From assembly GCA_046539705.1 (NCBI GenBank), contig JBKHGK010000001.1:1-31693 (forward strand): a stretch of 31,693 nucleotides of DNA, given 5' to 3'. Every line of letters starts with the position of its first letter. Positions within the stretch are counted from its first letter, which is position 1. Position numbers and translations under genes: made by a program. The notes under the pieces were generated by a model. It searched no databases. It saw only the letters and a program-made list of their open reading frames with translations, and had not been told where the DNA came from. This DNA comes from Candidatus Brocadiia bacterium (GTDB lineage: Bacteria > Planctomycetota > Brocadiia > SM23-32). This document shows positions 30,278-31,693 of the stretch, piece after piece.

Positions 30278-31306
30278 TCACAGACTGTCCATCTCCCGTA
30301 GCATCACCGGCCAGGCGTCATCGGCGTAAAAGCGATGCCCGCCCTGGCCAACAACCAGATGGCATCTGTCTTCGGCTCCCCACGCGGCGTAGATTTCCTT
30401 AAGATCATCAAATGCCCTCCGTGTGGCATCAATGGGAAAAATATCGTCCTCCAACCCGGCAACGAGGACCACCGGCCGAGGTGCGAAAAGACCCATGACG
30501 TCGGACATTTCGGCCACTTTCAACAAACCCGGCACATAATTGCATTCGCAGTGGTAAAGAGACATGATGGAATCTTTAAAGGTGCAGAAATAGCAGGATG
30601 GCATGGCACATGAAAGGCGATCGAGCAGGGCGGCGGAAAACACACTGACGGTCCCTCCGCCGGAATTCCCCATCACCCCGATGCGGCCCGTATCCACGTC
30701 GTCGCGCGTTTCAAGGTAGTCAATGGCCCGGTCGACGTCGTAGACCCGTTCGCCGATGAGCGTACGCCCCAGCTGGAGTGCATGCATGGCGGCTTCCTGA
30801 CAGAGCCGACCCGAACAGACCTCCTGTTTTTGTTCGCTCCGCTCCCCCAACGACCTTTGCTCGATACACAGCGCCGCGACGCCGCGGCGCATGCATCCCA
30901 GCCCGAAATCACGATCCCCTTCCACCTCCAGAGGTTCGGTTTCATCCTCCCGCTGAACCGCGATCGAGTTGTGCATTCCGCTGGAATGCCCCTGAAGACA
31001 GATCATAAAAGGATACGGCGGCTCTGCCTCGCCGGGAAGACAGATGTAGGCCGGAACGTCGGCGCAGGGCTCCGCCGTGAACACGATCCTGGTGATGGTG
31101 CCCAGTTCGTGGCCACGCGTCCAGATCCGACGCACATTGAGATCACAGCGTTCGGAGGACATCTCACCCACACCGACTAAATCGCGCAGGCGAGGGCGAA
31201 GAGTATTCTGCCATTCGCGCACATCACCACCGTCGTAGGCAAGGGAGGGTGTAATCCGGGACATACGACGGCGGTGTACTTCGGACGGTGAAAGATTCGG
31301 GCCCAT
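30278..31306 (-). CDS. Alpha/beta hydrolase (dienelactone hydrolase/acetyl-xylan-esterase-like)
   Basis: CLQGHSSG; RVYDVDRAIDYL; nucleophile elbow GVMGNSGGG; APRPV; D.IFP; GGHRF; SD AAGGA. Confidence 0.85.
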   Translation of the reverse strand: MGPNLSPSEVHRRRMSRITPSLAYDGGDVREWQNTLRPRLRDLVGVGEMSSERCDLNVRRIWTRGHELGTITRIVFTAEPCADVPAYICLPGEAEPPYPFMICLQGHSSGMHNSIAVQREDETEPLEVEGDRDFGLGCMRRGVAALCIEQRSLGERSEQKQEVCSGRLCQEAAMHALQLGRTLIGERVYDVDRAIDYLETRDDVDTGRIGVMGNSGGGTVSVFSAALLDRLSCAMPSCYFCTFKDSIMSLYHCECNYVPGLLKVAEMSDVMGLFAPRPVVLVAGLEDDIFPIDATRRAFDDLKEIYAAWGAEDRCHLVVGQGGHRFYADDAWPVMLREMDSL

Positions 31307-31358
31307 AACCACTTCCTTTCATTCGATATTCCCCCGTTCTTATCGGGCGATTTTGCCA

Positions 31359-31388
31359 ATTATACCGTGCTTAGAAGCAAATTGTTAA
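31359..31388 (-). promoter_or_regulatory. Putative sigma70 promoter for the hydrolase gene
   Basis: TTAACA (31388-31383), 18 bp spacer, TATAAT (31364-31359). Confidence 0.55.
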
Positions 31389-31582
31389 ACTCGTCGGTGA
31401 CTTGGTGCCCTCCGTGGGGTCAATCACTCCGGTGAGCATGCGCACCGTGGTGGTTTTGCCGGCCCGGCCGGGTCCCGGAAAGGCGAATATTTCCCCGTCT
31501 GCCACCTCAAACTCCACACCGTCACACCCACCTGTTCGCCGAACGGTCGGATCAGGCCTTCAACTTCTATAATCTATGACAT
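31371..31582 (-). pseudogene. Degraded N-terminal remnant of an ABC transporter ATP-binding gene
   Basis: Reads MS*IIEVEGLIRPFGEQVG, then after a 1-nt frameshift near 31524 DGVEFEVADGEIFAFPGPGRAGKTTTVRMLTGVIDPTEGT, ending at TAA 31371. It has a TAG at codon 3, a frameshift, an eroded Walker A and a truncation. Confidence 0.8.
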
Positions 31583-31693
31583 AGCACTCGTTCAGCTTTG
31601 TGAACAACAACCCGTATCCCCGGATATTTCACGAATCATCAGTGCGCCATCTGTAAAAACAGAGCAACGCGCTCGCCCGGGGACGCGAGACAC

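Noticed and set aside
31574-31576. In-frame TAG at codon 3 of the ABC remnant as a possible pyrrolysine codon, given the MttB gene nearby
   Set aside because: The same ORF has a frameshift and truncation, the MttB here is non-Pyl, and no pyl genes are in the window.

Overview
This window is mostly core bacterial chromosome. On the minus strand it carries the translation/transcription supercluster: tRNA-Thr/Tyr/Gly/Thr, tuf, rpmG, tRNA-Trp, secE, nusG, rplK, rplA, rplJ, rplL, rpoB, rpoC, rpsL, rpsG and fusA. In the same orientation follow a RACo-type corrinoid reductive activator (ASKHA), panC and lgt. RpoB (THERRLSALGPGG) and S12 (GGRVRDLPG) signatures point to Planctomycetota, and the strongly acidic proteins suggest a halophile; both are inferences. 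The accessory part (about 1.6-7.1 kb, plus strand) is a four-gene operon: a DUF362/4Fe-4S protein, an aldehyde dehydrogenase, a non-pyrrolysine MttB-family methyltransferase and a URO-D-like protein. With the nearby RACo it looks like a corrinoid-dependent methylated-amine demethylation module. Also present are pssA, a partial GT-C-like gene at the left edge, glutamine-dependent nadE, an alpha/beta hydrolase and two gene remnants (a UDP-glucose dehydrogenase N-terminus and an ABC ATPase N-terminus). There is a highly structured, unassigned intergenic region at about 7.27-7.45 kb, and an unusual Q-to-A change next to the RpoC catalytic aspartates. I saw no CRISPR array or mobile element. All protein assignments come from motif recognition, not database searches.
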